Source of the DNA: Amoebophrya sp. A120
Lineage: Eukaryota; Protista; Dinoflagellata
Length of the DNA: 64,000 nt
Reading direction: 5' to 3'
Assembly: GCA_905178155.1 (NCBI GenBank)
Contig: CAJINV010000012.1
Coordinates: forward strand, 2,395,407 to 2,459,406
A program made the position numbers and the translations under genes. The notes below the pieces were generated by a model that worked only from the letters and a program-made list of their open reading frames with translations, did no database searches and was not told where the DNA came from. Below are positions 12,301 to 26,100 of this stretch, piece after piece. Position 1 is the first letter of the stretch. Every line of letters begins with the position of its first letter.

Positions 12301-14447
12301 AGGAGATGCATTTTTAGTCGTGTTTTGGAATTTGTAATGCTGTAAACAGGTTAAGCAGATGGATTTCTGATGCAGCTGGCCTTGCGAACCTGCACTACAC
12401 TACGGACTGCAACTTGTGATGCGTGACCCCCAAAAGTTCTAGGTTTGTGTTGCAAAGTCCCCATCTTGACTCTGGTGTGGGGATGTTTTTACTCAGGATA
12501 CGGCAGGCTCCAAAGTCGGCCAGCTTGGCGTCCCCGCACTGGTCCACGAGGATGTTTGCGCACTTCTATGCAATACAAATTTCCCGTACATGTACAAGAT
12601 GCATCACAAATTTTCCCAATTTGGAGTGTGATGAAACTTGTCATGCTAAACTAGAATCAAAGCCAAGCTTTGCCATGCAGAGACCGCATTTGTACGTGTA
12701 CAGGAAATTTACTGTGGATAACTTCAAATCCCGGTGCACTATACCCTTCTTGTGCAGAAAGTCCAGGCCCTCTAGAATCTGGCGGACGTATTTTTGTGTG
12801 AGGTGGAGGCTGTAGGGCCCGAATTTTTTCAGGACGGTCGACATGGAGCCGCAAGGCATGTATGCACTGCAAAAGTATCGTATTCGTAAAAATGCAAGCC
12901 TTGCATTACAAGTTTTTTTCTTAACGTAAATCAGCATGGCAAATTTTATTTCTCATGCTGAGAAAATTTGCAATGCAATTTATACTAGTACGGTGCTTTT
13001 GCATTGCATAGCATGTACTCGAGAAAAATGTTCAAAAACTGGTCCGCCCCCTTCGTTCCGCGGTCCAGCAAACAGCCATTTCAAATGTAAAAATGTCTGG
13101 GTCTGGAAACTTGTGATGCTGGTTGAGAAAGACGAAGGCGCCTCAATTGACTGGCAAGCATGACAAGTTTTGGGGGTGCTACAACAGTGTTGGTGTTTCT
13201 GCATGACAAAGTGAGCTTCTGCATGACAGAAAAATGGAGCTTTTGGGTAATGTGCACGACAGACTTGCGAATCATGTCAGACAAGCATGACAAACTTCCA
13301 TTCTTTCAGACCCAGACATTTTTGCAATTCATAGGCCAATGTACCGCACCACGCGTGGGTAGTCTATCCTTTGTAAAACCGTCCCCAACCGCCAGAGTTA
13401 ACATGGGAATTCGGCTAGACACATCCTTCCACAGGCTTGAGCTGTTTCGCATGAAAAATTTGGACTCGTAGTGTAGTGCTGTCTGAGGTAGTGGAGCGGC
13501 ATAACAGATCTAGTAATATAATACCATGCTGATTGGAGCATGACAAATTCAACAACACTTAGTAGGAAATGCTTCTCATGGGGCTCCGCATGAGAAACAT
13601 TCTCAGCATGCAGATTTGCATTTTACAGCTATGGGGCTGGACGGACGTTTTTACATACGATATGGTCCAGCTTTTTCAGCAGTTCAATCTCCTCTTTCAG
13701 ATTTTTCAGCTCCTGCTCTATCTCTTTCGCGTCTTTTATGGGAGTGTCAGGATCGAAATCGTCAGAGTTGAAATAATTTGTGACGCATAAAACGGATACC
13801 AGTAGGCGCCTAGTTTTCAGGTGGCGCATGACAAATCTTGGTGGTGCCTAAGTCCAGTTTGTAATGCTCCTTGGGTAAGGACGACGCCTTTTGTCATGCT
13901 ACTGGAGCATCTCTATTTTTACCCCTCAACAGGCTTACAATCTGCCTCCCTTGCGTACTCTGCAAGACAGGCACTCTGTGGGTTGCATTTTATGCATCAC
14001 ACACTATTTCAACTTTGACGGTTTCAATCCTGACGCTTCCATAGCCTTCGCAGCTCCAATTCCGCCCCCGCCCGCGCCTTCGTCGTGTTGCAGCTGGTGC
14101 TCGTCCCCTGTCACGACGACAGAATTATGCTCGTCCTGTTGGTTCTTGATTCCCAGCAGCCCTCGAAGGGGTACTTTTTTCACCGCAAAAAAGTGCCCGG
14201 CACACATCACCTTGTACACTTCCCCCGAGGCTCCGCGCCCCAGGAGCTCGCCCTGTTTCCACGTCGACAGATTTACCCGACGGTAGTTCGAGAGGTCTTG
14301 TTCTTGTTGGGCCGACGTGGTGCCATTCGTCGGCGTTTCCACAGTGAAGATCGGATTATTTTCGGTGCTCTCAACACCCGGCACGACGACCCCAGATGTA
14401 GAAGTGCCGCCGACGGGAGAGGACGCTGCAGGAGGGTTCAGAGTCAT
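9394..14447 (-). CDS. Ser/Thr protein kinase, STE11/MAPKKK (NPK1/MEKK-like); 12 introners plus one GT-AG intron (11298-12169)
   Basis: Spliced product has all subdomains in order: WKQGELLGRGASGEVY, FAVKKV, EIELLKKLDHPRVVRYIG, FLNIFLEYMPCGS, VHRDLKCANILV, KLADFGAC, KGSVYWMAPE, CDIWSVGCTMIEM, FLQKCLQRDHKLRP. Confidence 0.93.
9469..9631. mobile_element. Introner family A
   Basis: DR TGGTC; frame restored. Confidence 0.9.
9791..9952. mobile_element. Introner family A
   Basis: DR ACTGT; frame restored. Confidence 0.9.
9978..10242. mobile_element. Introner family R (...GAGAACTCCATA)
   Basis: DR CTCCA; frame restored. Confidence 0.85.
10280..10551. mobile_element. Introner family B (TATCAAATG..TGTCTGGGTCTGGAA)
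   Basis: DR TGGGT; frame restored. Confidence 0.9.
10609..10926. mobile_element. Introner family R
   Basis: DR TCGCA; frame restored. Confidence 0.9.
10984..11291. mobile_element. Degenerate introner (TGTGGCACG...CGTCGCCATA)
   Basis: DR CGGAG/CGGAA; removal yields GSVYWMAPE. Confidence 0.75.
12228..12500. mobile_element. Introner family D (TATCCTGAGTAAAAAC)
   Basis: DR CGGCA; frame restored. Confidence 0.9.
12567..12720. mobile_element. Introner family H (AAATTTCCCGTAC TIR)
   Basis: DR ACTTC; splits HRDLK|CANIL. Confidence 0.9.
12861..13010. mobile_element. Introner family A
   Basis: DR GCATG; frame restored. Confidence 0.9.
13079..13333. mobile_element. Introner family B
   Basis: DR AGCCA/GGCCA; left end reads TTT instead of TAT. 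Confidence 0.85.
13365..13662. mobile_element. Introner family S (TATCCT.TGTAAAA.CG)
   Basis: DR TAGTC/TGGTC; related to 39010-39307. Confidence 0.85.
13737..14043. mobile_element. Introner family C (TATGGAAGCGTCAGGATTGAAA)
   Basis: About 40-bp TIR; DR eroded; removing 5 nt is in frame. Confidence 0.85.
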
Positions 14448-15417
14448 TTTGGAAAGGTAAAATATATCGGACGAAAAACTGAAAAACTTCGAGATAGACG
14501 TGGACCGATTTTGTTTACACGAGGCGCGTTGTATCAGGCAGCGATGAAAATAATTTTCCGATTTGTGTTCTCTCTCGATCGCAGCTCCCGTTGATCGGAT
14601 GAAAAGTGGCCCCACGCCCACATGCAAAAATGATCCCACTGAGCAATAAACTGTTTCAATATTGTGCTTGACCTTTCTTTCTTTCTTTCTGTTCGTGCCT
14701 GGGCTTGGCATCAAAGGTTCAAGGCCCTAAACAATCCTTGTGGTCCACACCAAATCACTTCCTTGTCTTGATCATCAAATAACTCCTTCCATAGCGATAG
14801 AACTAAATTGAAATAAAAATTGAGCCTAACTCTACAAAACAATTGACAAGCAACCTAACACTACCTTTTCCGATGTTTGACCTTGTTCTCCGTTCATTGA
14901 TCGTGAAAAATAGATCAAGATCGTGCACAGACCAAGACAAGCAGCAGGATGTAGTTTTATCAGTGTGCTGTTTCTCTCAACAAACTGTGTATTGCACAGG
15001 AGATCGCTCAGCACCATTACGCGCAAATAAAAAAAAAACCCGCGAAGCGTCAGAAACAAGAGAAAACTTCAAGTCACGCGAAACCGAAAGATGACTTTCT
15101 GCAAGTGCAACTGTCTCAAGAAAATAAAAGTGTCGTCCGCGTTAGTTCTTACACGTTGAGACTGAGACCGTTTCTTCTTGCGATATGCTGCATTCGAAAA
15201 TTAGCCTGAAGATCATACCGTCACTCCGTGGTTGATGTTTTGCTACTCATCATCAGATGATTCTTCGCTTGCTCCTTTCCCAACTTTCCCTGCTCCTGTG
15301 TGTTTATCTTGATCTTCTACTTCCAGCAAACCGTTCAGTTAAGTCAAAATTACTTTTCATCAATGTCGGGGTAACTAGGTATTCTACTTTATTTGAAACG
15401 GTGTATAATAGTTTTCG

Positions 15418-18400
15418 TCACAAGTCCCCGGAAGAAATCGCAGAATCTTCGGGCTGCCTAAGCCACTCCTCTATCCTGAGGAAAAACATCCCCACCCTAG
15501 AGTCAAGATGGGGATCTCGCAACACAAATCCAGAAGTTTTGGTTGTAGCGAGTGACAAGTTGCCGTCCGTAGTGTAGTGCAGGTTAGCAAGGGCATCCAC
15601 ATTACAAACTCAGCTGCTTATCCTGTTTACAGCATTACAAATTTCAAAAGACGACTGCAAATGCCTTTCATCTTGGAGATGCGCATCACAAATTTTCTTG
15701 TCATTGCAAATCTGCATGACATCAACTATGGGGTGCGAGCGTTTTTACTCAGGATATCCTCCTCATCCTCCTCATCCACCACCAGCGGCCGCGCGCAGCC
15801 TTGGTTTTCCTTCAGCATAACTCCGGTGCAGAATATGCAATACAAATTTTCCGTACATGTTGTACAAAATGCATTTACAAGTCTCGCTAATTTGGAGCGT
15901 CCAACTTGTCGTGCTGAGTCAGTAGATTGGAGGCAAGTTTTGTCATGCAGAGCCAGCATCCGTACGTGTAGTCCAGAAAATTATTTACAGTGGATACAGA
16001 AGGAATCCATACCATCCGCGTCCGCGTACAGGTCCCTCACGAACTGTGTGAATTCCGGGGCCACCTCTTCGTGATCATAGTCGCTTGCAGTGATCCTTCG
16101 CTTTCTTGATCTACTTTCCGGGTGAACAAGATGATCTTCTGCTCCTTGTCGAGCCCCAGGTACTTGGTGGTCATGTTCTTTCTTTTCATGATCCATTTGA
16201 TGCCTCATCATCGTCTCCTCCACCGCCTTCTTTCGTGCCGCGTTCCTTCCTAGCCGTTGGTGCTCGTCCTCGATTACTATCCACAGTAAATTTCCCGTAC
16301 GCGTACAAATGCAGTCTCTGCATGACAAAGCTTGCGCTCAGTCCTGGTCTAGCATGACAAGTTGGACACTGCATCAAGTTAGCGAAATTTGTCATGCATT
16401 TTGTACATGTACGGGAAATTTACCTTGCATAATTACCTTGTGGATAGCCTGCACCTCCAACTCGAACAGATCGGAGGCCAACAGTTCGCGTTTTGCGTCG
16501 ATGGATATGACAGTGCGCAACTCCCCCTCCCCCTCATTTGTATGTTGGCATGAACAGCAATACAGAGACCAGCCCAAATGGAGCTTTTGCATGACAAGTA
16601 GTTGATGTGCCTAGCGTGGTACGGTTTATTGGGCTTCCGATATTTGTCATGCAAACCGTGCCACAACGCAACGACAGGATTAGGATTTCGGATTTTGCAT
16701 TACAAATGAGGGGGAGCAGGGGGAGTTGTGCACTGTCATAATGGAAGTTTGGAGTTCTCGACTTTCAGGCAGCAATAATGCTGGTGGCTCAACACCTCCT
16801 CCTTCGGGGTTGCTCGTCGAGGCAGTTGGTGCAGCAGCTTTTTGCTCTGCGTCTGCGACTGGCGGCATTTTTACAATTTCAGCCTCGTAGTAGTTGAAAA
16901 GTATGCATTGCAAAACTATCGTACTAGTATAAATCGCATTACAAATTTTTCCAGAAAGAAAAATGTAATTTGTAATGCTGATTTTGCTAAGAAACCAGGT
17001 TTGTCATGCATGATTGCAATCACTACGACTACGATACTTTTGCACAGCATAAAAAGCGAGTTCCGACAAATCACGCCCTCCGGCATCCACAGTAAATTTC
17101 CCGCACACGACGACGCACTAGACCACTGCATGACAAAGCTCGCCTTCAGTGTTAGTCAGCATGACAAGTTTGACACAAGAAGAAGAACTACTCGTTTAAG
17201 CTACTAGCAAAATTTGTCATGCATTTTGTACATGTACAGGAAATTTGTATTGCATATCCGGACCCTCAATCCTTCGACCGTCTTTCAAGCGAAACGATAT
17301 GGAAGCGTCAGGATTGAAATCGTCAAAGTTGAAATAATTTGTGATGCATAAAATGCAACCCACAGAGTGCCTGTCTTGCAGAGTAGGCAAGGGAGGCAGA
17401 TTGCAAGCCTGTTGAGGGGTAGAAATAGAGCTGCTAAAGTAGCATCTCAAAAGGCGTCTTCCTTGTTACCCAAACAGCATTACAAACTGGATTTAGGCAC
17501 CACCAAAACTTGTCATGCGCCACTTGAAAACTGGGCTCCAACTGGTATCCATTTTATGCATGACAAACTATTTCAACTCTGACGATTTCAAACCTGACAC
17601 ATCCATAAACGACTCTTCGCCGATATACTTCTCCCGCCGAAGGAACCCCTTCCGAATGAACAGCAGAACCGCAATCTGCACGCCCAGGGGCTCCGCCGAG
17701 AAATCGTCGAAAACGAGAAATTCCAGCTTCGGAATGGACAGCAGGAGCCCCTTCAATTCTCGACAAACGGATAGGAAATCGTGACTGGCGTCGAGGAACA
17801 CGGAGTAGATACGGGCTACGGAAGTAGTTGTAGATTTATTCATCGCGCCTGAGGAGCCCTGACCTTCTGTTGAAGCAGAAGCGGATGCTGGCGTTGGCGC
17901 CGTCGCTTCCTTCGCTATGAGATGTTGAACTTTCGTGGCTTGTTTTGCGGTTTGGTACAGCGTCGCCCAGTCAATGTTCGGCGAATCTACCTATGAACTG
18001 CAAAAGTATCGCTCTCGTATAAATTGCGTTACAAAAACAAATTCAAAAAAAAAAATGCATTACAAATTTTGGCAAGAGGGAGAGTGGAATTTCTAATGCT
18101 GTTTTTCCTTAGGAAAAACATTTGTCACGCACATTTGCAATTAGTACGAGTACGATACTTTTGCACAGGATACAACCTGTAGGAAGTGGATGTTTCTCCT
18201 ATCGGAATTGTAAATCTTGTTTAACCGCAGAAACACGGGATCCACATCCAGCGCAAACACGGTGGTGAAGTGCTGGGACAAAAACCGGGTCGTGTAGCCG
18301 ATGTAGGTCCCCAGCTCAAAGATGATGGTCTTCACCTTCGCTTCCACGTCCTTCTTTCCTATTGGCCTCGTTCGCTCTTCGTCACTCGCAGAAGTAGGAG

Positions 18401-19331
18401 AAGTTCCCCGCATCATATTCGCCTGCCCCCGTTTCACGTTTTGGAAAAACTGAACCAGATCCTGGCGGAACTTCGGACTCACTGTCCACTGGTCGTCATA
18501 CTTTTGTTGCGGGAGCAGTGCGGCTTCTGATGCAGAAGTTGTACTCGTCCCTGGCGGCTCATAATTTGCATCCTGCTTTTTTGCTTCCCCCTCCCCGCTG
18601 CCGCTGGTTGCAGGAGAAGAAGTACCGCTGGCATCATCGTGTTCTTCCCTCGCATTCAGGATCGCTTTCAACCGTTTGAGCCATCCTGGTGGGGGCATCC
18701 CTTTCGCGAACCACTCAGGATTATCAACTGCAAAAATGTCTGGGTCTGGAAGGATGCAAGGTTTGTCATGCATATTTTGCATGACCCATGATGTCTGTGA
18801 TGCATGCTCTAGCATCACATATTTTTAGAGGCCTTCCTGATGCCGATCCCGCATGACAAATGCCCTCCCCCCGTAGCACAAACTGGGCTCCTCTTGCTGG
18901 TCACGCAATAAAGATTTTTTTAGAATCCAAAGTTAGCATCACAAGTTCCAAACTTCCAGACCCAGACATATTTGCAATGCATAAGGATCATCTCCGTCCT
19001 CTGGAAGGGACTGCAACCACGCGAGGTCTTCTTGTTGCTGGTGGAGTAGTTTTAGCTCGTGCTGCGTCTCGACGTCGTGAAGGTCATTTGTATCAGTAGT
19101 GCTCGACCTGCTTTTATCGTCGGTCGCTACGTCGTCGTCCTTCTGCAGGGTGTACCCACTGACGAGACGGATCGGTGTTTGCTGGCTGAGTAGGAACAAT
19201 TGTGGTCCACCGGAGGAGGAGGAGGCAAGAAAACTCACCTCGTGCGGAAGTAGGGAGAATAAACTACCTCCCCATAGTTGTCCGCACAGCAGCAGACGAC
19301 AGAGAAAAAGAAAATAGCTTCTTGTGAGCAT
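15418..19331 (-). CDS. Class I SAM-dependent methyltransferase (Methyltransf_24-like) with hydrophobic N-terminus; 9 introners
   Basis: Continuous spliced frame with IFELGTYIGYTT, FALDVD, VFLDASHDF and LVFDDF motifs. Confidence 0.8.
15472..15756. mobile_element. Introner family D
   Basis: DR TCCTC. Confidence 0.9.
15834..15996. mobile_element. Introner family H
   Basis: DR CAGAA. Confidence 0.9.
16278..16431. mobile_element. Introner family H, opposite orientation
   Basis: DR ATTAC. Confidence 0.9.
16506..16740. mobile_element. Introner family K
   Basis: TATGACAGTGC...GCACTGTCATA; DR ATGGA. Confidence 0.9.
16902..17051. mobile_element. Introner family A
   Basis: DR AAAAG. Confidence 0.9.
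17084..17256. mobile_element. Introner family H
   Basis: DR TCCGG; left end reads CAT. Confidence 0.88.
17298..17607. mobile_element. Introner family C
   Basis: DR AACGA. Confidence 0.92.
17992..18172. mobile_element. Introner family A
   Basis: DR CTACC/CAACC. Confidence 0.88.
18722..18983. mobile_element. Introner family B
   Basis: DR AGGAT. Confidence 0.92.
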
Positions 19332-20129
19332 TTTTGTAAAGTGCTGGGCTTCTCCTGAGGATGAAATCGTCTAACTGATCGTGCACCAGCTCGAGTTCAA
19401 TCGTCGGACGCCAAGCAGCTGGAGCTGCTGGTGCAAGAAAAATTTTAATTACTTAACCAACGTTCAGGCAGTACCACGTAAACGTAGTACAACCACGACA
19501 TCAGTGGTGCTGATTACTAGATGCAGGTCGTGTTGTACTACATGCAGGTTGTATGGTCTTCGTGATTTATTGAAAAATATCGTCTATGAACTGTTGCGTC
19601 CACGGTTCTTGCAACTTCTGTACTACCGGGTTAGAGAAAGATGTTAGTAGTGGTGCAAGAACTTCTGATATTCGTGGTTGCAAGAACTTGAACTAACCAA
19701 CTGTCAGTTGGTTAGTTCAACGAGAGTCTCTTGCTCAAAGTCGTGGTCTTGAGATCTTGTTCAACATAGTTCTTTACTGAGATCTACTTCCGACAAATCC
19801 ATCATCCAAAGCTCGCTCAAGAAACAAGTAAATCCGTAAAAACTGCTGCTGCACCAAAGTCTCTGGCACAAGTAGAACACAGAACACTACTAGAAGCCCG
19901 CGGGCGACGTGCAGCTGGCTTTAGTAATGCCGTGCATCACTGTCATCCTTCTCCGAAGATCAGTATCTTAATCTTTTTAAAGTTCGACTTCAATAATTTG
20001 CAGCCACACAGGTCAAGAAAGAAAACAAATTGCGTGAAGACTTAGAAGATGTTCATCTCTATTCCTGCCAGCAGGAAGCCGCTGAGGATTTACTTTCATC
20101 GAGTTGGACTAAAGTTGTAAGTAGTCCAA

Positions 20130-23100
20130 CTAATCACCAATGCGCATTTTCCTTTCAATCGCACCCCCATCGAAAATTGGTTTATTTGCGACTTTCGTCC
20201 CACCAGTTTTAGCATTTGTGGTCTCCCGTGACCTTTCACGCTGGCTTCGCGCCCCGCCACCCCCACCTTCTCTAAACCGCATGGTTTCCTCGAACGTCGG
20301 GTAATAGTTGTTCTTCGCTTTCAACTTATTCAACGGCGACGTGTAAATTTCCCCCTCCATTTTTCCACTCTTCGAAAATTCCGCAAACAGCGAGCTCAGC
20401 CGGTGCCCGCGGCAAATCCGCTGCAGATCGGTGGCGGTCACATTGCCGAGCCTCACCCCGCGGTTGCAGGTGCGCACCGCAGGCTCCAGGGAAAGGACCC
20501 ACTGCTCGCGATACGTGGGGAAGGTGCCCACTCGGGCGAGAAATTGTTGCTGCAGTTCCTTTTGCAATTTTTCCTGTTTGGATTCCCTCTCAGCCGCTTC
20601 TTTGTCGGATTCCGGAATACCCGGATCTACCCCAAACCGCAGGTCAGGCATTTTCAGGAGCAGCATGCCGATATGCATGCCAAAAATATCGTACGTATTG
20701 GGCGGTTTGAAGATGAACGAATATCATGCAGTGTTGTCATCATGCTGCAAAAGGTAGTACTAGAGCGAGATAGACCCGTCATCCATATTCAATCAAAATT
20801 CATATGATTACAACTACTACGAATACGATATTTTTGCACAGGATAACCGAGCAGCCGAAGCAACTGCGACCCCAGCGCTTCCAGCCGCGACACAATGTTG
20901 TCGTTCTTGGTCAACATCGTGAGCGCAGAGCCTCCTCCTGCGCCAGAGAGTCGCTTTGGAGGATTTTTTGGCGTCGTCCAGCACTGCTGATCATGCGGCG
21001 CGGCCGCGGCGGCCACAGAACCACCGTGTCGCTTTTGTGGCGTCGGTGTTGTGGTGTTTTGATTCGGTTTATTCAGATTCGGGGTGCTTCTCGCCCCTCT
21101 GCGCGTCGGACTCATAGAGGATGTTCCGAGATTCTCGTCGTCCTCCACATTTTCCACATCATATCCCCGTGCGCAAGACGAACTACAACTCCCTACCCTC
21201 GCCCTCAACATTTGAAGCATGACACAAAATCAAAATGAACAACTCTCGAATTATATATGGGTTGTGAGTCGTACAACTTAGACTTACTGCTTAGGCACCT
21301 CTTTCCGCAACTTGACTCAGCATGGACAGAGTGCCTCAAAGCGAGAAGAAGCCGCGAATTTGGCATTTATTGCACGGGGACATCAAATGAGCAGGGGCAA
21401 ATGAGACAAAGATTGGAGTTCTTGTGTATTTTCTACTCTGATAGGTGAAACCCGCTGGATAGCCCCTGTCTCTGCGAGATTCGGTGGGCCCGAGGGGATA
21501 TGGATTGCAAAAGTATCGCACTCGTAGTAATTGCATTTATACATTACAAATCTTTTTCTCAAGTGAGTTTGTAATGCTGAGCGAATTCGATTTGTAATGC
21601 TGAGCGAATTTGTAATGCGATTTATACTAGTACGATACTTTTGCATTTCATAGGGGAGGAAAGAGCTTCCCCGAGCGTCAGGGTGTCGTCGGCGACGTAG
21701 GACGGTTTTCTAGTACTGCTTCGACTTTGGGGGGCAGCAGCAGCAGGTCCGGAAGTTGATGCGCCACCCATGGCATACAGCTTTTCGTGGATTTTTTCCA
21801 GCTCGTCTATAATTTTGTCGATGACCCGATTTTCCGCGAATTCCTCAAACATTCATTATCAAATGTAAAAGTGTCTGGGTCTGGAAAATGTCATGCTTGT
21901 CTGGCATGACTCTTAAATCTGTCACGCACGTTACCCAAGAGCTCCGTTTTTCTGTGATGCAGAAGCGCAGTTTGTCATGCAGAATAGGCAACAGCTAGGA
22001 GCTCAGAAACTTGTCATGCTGAGCCAGCATTTGTAGCCTCATCATGAGGCGCCACCCAGCATCACAAGTTTCCAGACCCAGACATTTTTACATTTGATAT
22101 CCATCCGAACGACGCTATTCTCCGCAACGCAATCGCGCCTATTGTGGACTTCAGACAGGTCTGGATTGCGGACTTCTGCAGCAGAAATTTCGCCAGCGAG
22201 GCCGCGTCCAGATTATGCAGTGCGAAAGCGTCCTGTCGTAATAGTAGAATTTTTCGCATTACAAATTTTCCCAGAAGGAAGTAATGCTAAAGTAGCTATA
22301 GAAACCAGATCTGTCTTCATGCTGTACAACTGCAATTAGTACGAGTAAGACACTTTTGCAGTGGATACAGATTCCGGGCTAGCAAAAGCGTGTCGGCCTC
22401 CGGGTCCGAGGTTTTCTCGAGAAAGAGGAACAGAAAGCCTAGGATCTGCTTCCGCAACGGTTCCCACAGTTTTCGATTCTCCTCTTGTTGTTCCTTCTTC
22501 GCTTTGTCTGTGACGTCTTCTGCTGCGGCTGCCGCTGCCGCGTCTTGCTTCGGCTTGTTTGATCCACCGGCCGTTGATGTGGTAGTACTACTTCCAACTC
22601 CAGCACGACTAGGAGTTTTAGCCGCTCCATCGTCTCTTGTTCCGTTGTCTACTTTATTCATCTCGACGTCCTCGTGGTCCCCAGCTTGATCGCCGTCAAA
22701 CACCGATTATCGACTGCAAACATGTCTTCTTGGTCTGGAAAGTTGTGATGCGGACAGTGTTAGCGGATAACTACAGTTTCTGTTGTGGTAGCCGCCCAGC
22801 ATGACAAGTTTTTGGAGCGCTCCTTGAAATTTAATATTCCAGGTCGCGCGCATGACAAGTTGCTTTTTTGCATGACGCGAGAAGCTGCACTCGTCTTGTC
22901 GGTTTTGCAATCAATGCAGATTTTTCAGGAGCGAGCGCCAGACACGCATAACCAAGCTCAGCTTTTACTCCAGATCCAAAATACCCAGACATAGTTACAT
23001 GGGTTACGCATCGCTCTACTGCTAGTTTCAGGAGCTTCAACAAGTTTCGCTTCTCTTCATTCGCTAACTCGTCGACCACGGAGAGGGAATCGGGGGCCTG

Positions 23101-26100
23101 TGGATAAAAAAAGTCGTAAAATTGATTTCTTTTGGATGTAGTTGAGTACGCTGATTCGGGGTTTACGCTTCGGAGGACGATAAGAACTAGTGTCGTGTGC
23201 ACAAACATTAACATGCGTTGCTTCTTCATCTTCTACTTCTATCTAGTCTTGAAAAATGCAATTGACAATAGCTGGCAATTATCACTATCACACATCAGAA
23301 GAAAGTAGGATTGTTAGTTGATCCTCCAAACTGCATCAATTCCTTGTTTTCTACCGATCCAAAGCTTGCGTTGGCGAGCACGGGGAAGAGGGTGCACAGG
23401 ATAAACGCTCGCAACGGATTATGCATTGCAAAAGTATAATCGTAGCAGTACAAATTGCATATACAAATTAGCTCAGCACGACAAATGCAGCTTGTAAGGC
23501 TGTTGTACCTTTGTCATGCATGTTTGCAATTACAATTAGCATGAGTACGATACTTTTGCAGAGCATACGGATTCGCGTCCTGCGCGAGCCACTTGACGAA
23601 GTAGTCCAAGACGTCGAATTTCACCTTCTCCCTGTACAGGAAAGATCGGTGCATCTCGGTCAAAAACCGGGCGCAGGCGTGGATAAGTTCATTCTTATGA
23701 ACTGCAAAAGTATCGTACTCGTATATTATGAATGCATTACAAATTTCCCCAGCATGAGAAATAAAATTTGTAAATGCAGATTTACCTTAACAAAGGGATT
23801 TGTAATGCATGATTGCAAGAATACGAGTACGATACTTTTGCACAGGATAATTCTTCTCTGAGAGGAAGCAGTCCATGACTTTCGGAAAAATCCAATCACA
23901 AGAAAAAGTGTTAACATTAACGGCACAGATTACTTATATATTATATTCATGCGAAAAAAGAGGTAGACAGAGGGTAAACAAGAGGTGGCCGAGAGGTCAA
24001 AAAGAGGTCAAAAGAGGTAAAAAAGAGGTCGACAGAGGTGGAGAGGTGGCGCGGGACCCCTTTCGAGAGGGTCGGCGAGAGGGTGCGCGAGTATAGCCAG
24101 CTGAAGGCCCCACCTTAAGGCGGCGCCTAAGTGCCTCAGAGGGTGCAGAGAGGTCAAAAAGAGGGGGCGCGAGAGGTCGACAGAGGTCGAGAGAGGTGGC
24201 GCGAATAAGGGCCAACCTCTCGCGCACCCTCTCGGCCACCTCTGTCGACCTCTACCCGCGAGTATAGCCGGACTATTAGCGGGGACCCCCAAAAGAGGTA
24301 AAAAAGAGGGTCTGCGAGAGGTCTGCGAGAGGGTAAAGACACAAAGTGGCGGGCGCGAATCCGCATGGCAGTCCCCATATTTAGCATTGCAGGCTCTTCG
24401 CGGACTTGTTTGGTGCGGCGTTTGTCCCTGCCACCCTCTCGCGCACCCTCTCGCGCCACCCTCTCGCGCACCCTCTCGCGCCACCCTCTCGCGCCACCCT
24501 CTCGCGTCACCCTCTCGCGCCACCCTCTCGCGCCACCCTCTCGCGCTACCCTCTCGCGCACCCTCTCGCGCCACCCTCTCGCGCTACCCTCTCGCGCCGC
24601 CCTCCCACACTGAAGCCATTCATTGAAAAAGTAGCGAAGCCGGGGAATGGGGCGGGGTTCGTGGTTCATCTTGATTAACGAAAGGCATGCGTAGCGGATT
24701 GGTGTGGCACCTAGGTGTGTCCTGTTCTGCCCCAGTGCTCGCGGTAGCTCCTCCCTGCGCAGAGCGCCCTTAGGCGCGAGAAGCGCCAGCGCGCAGAGAG
24801 TTCTGTGGGGGCATGAGTATGTATGTCGCTGTGGTCCGGTCCGCAAGCAGTTCAGACCCGGCCAAACAGCCTTGCGCTCCGGCGGTAGCCGGAGCATGGC
24901 TGGTTGCAGTCATGCATCGCAAATGTAGCCCAATATGCATGCTCTGCATTACAAATTTTGGCATGTCCATGTTTTGTGATGCATTGCTGCGTCACAAATT
25001 CCGTTAACGTTTTTAACACTTTTTGCTGTGATAAATCCGGTCGACGTCGAGCGCCGCTGTTGTACTCGCGTAACCTCCGCCTCCGTTTTGGATTGATGAT
25101 CCGTGGAGGTTCATCATTTCGACGGCCGCGCCTGGTGTAGAAGAATAGTTGTCGTGCAGGCTGGCAGGAGCGGTCGGTGAAAAGGACGCTCTGACGTTGT
25201 TATTGTAGCCCCAGGGCAGTTTGCCCTTCCGGGCAGAAGAGGACAATGCGGAGCTAGGCCGTGTGGATTGTTGATGTGTTTTCCTATCACTGTAGTTCGC
25301 TGAGGCAACGACGAGTCCCGCTCGTGTCTTTACGGGAGAGGAGGAGTTTTCTCGACTAGCAGCACTGGGACCAGCAGCAGCTCCAGAAGTGCTTGCATGG
25401 TCACTATCGTGTGCAAAAGTATGAGTATTGCACGAAAGGCAATCCTACAACACGACATCTCGATCGCGCTGTTCCAAGGGTGAATCTTCAGCATCAACAC
25501 AAACAAATTTTGCCAGCGTTGTAAAAATGCCACTACAAGAACTCCTAGAAGCACGATACTTTGCAATGCATAATCGCTACCCTGGGACGACAACCGACTG
25601 CTTCTTCTCCGCCCGCGTGGTTTTTGACTCGACAAGCTCAGCATCAGGGCTGCAGACGTCTTCTCCGGACTCTGCATCATGCTGGTATTGATTGCAAAAA
25701 TATCGTCCCCTGGGTCTCGCTCTGGAACGAACAAAATAAAAATGCAAGGCTCATCTACTTTCATCTTGTTGTCGTGTTTGGCTAGCATGCGGCCCAAGTC
25801 TGTCATGCGCATAATTTCTACCCAAATCAAATAAAGGACAAGCCTAGAAGACAACATATTTGCCATGAATAACTGGACGTTCTGGATAATCTCGCAGCTA
25901 TCTGCTCCTCCTTCGCCGTGCTGGTTGCGAGTAACTCGCTGTAGAGCGTTATGGTCGTGAAGGAAAGATGAAGATTTACATCCGGATTGATGAACTTCAC
26001 CAAAGACCGGAACAACGGATCGTACTGCTGGAAGTTTGCGAAAACGCTTGTTGATGTACCAGCGCCCGGAGCTACTTGTTGTTCAGCACTATTTACTTTC

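Larger units (their letters stand above)
23894..25033. mobile_element. Introner family E (TATCACA..GTTAAC) carrying a nested Helitron-like element
   Basis: DR AATCC; the two halves match intact E copies at 49364, 59507 and 61098. Confidence 0.88.

Noticed and set aside
21220-21461. Additional introner ending CCCGCTGGATA at 21461
   Set aside because: Likely real, but I could not find a left end that gives both a DR and an in-frame join, so it is not listed as a feature.
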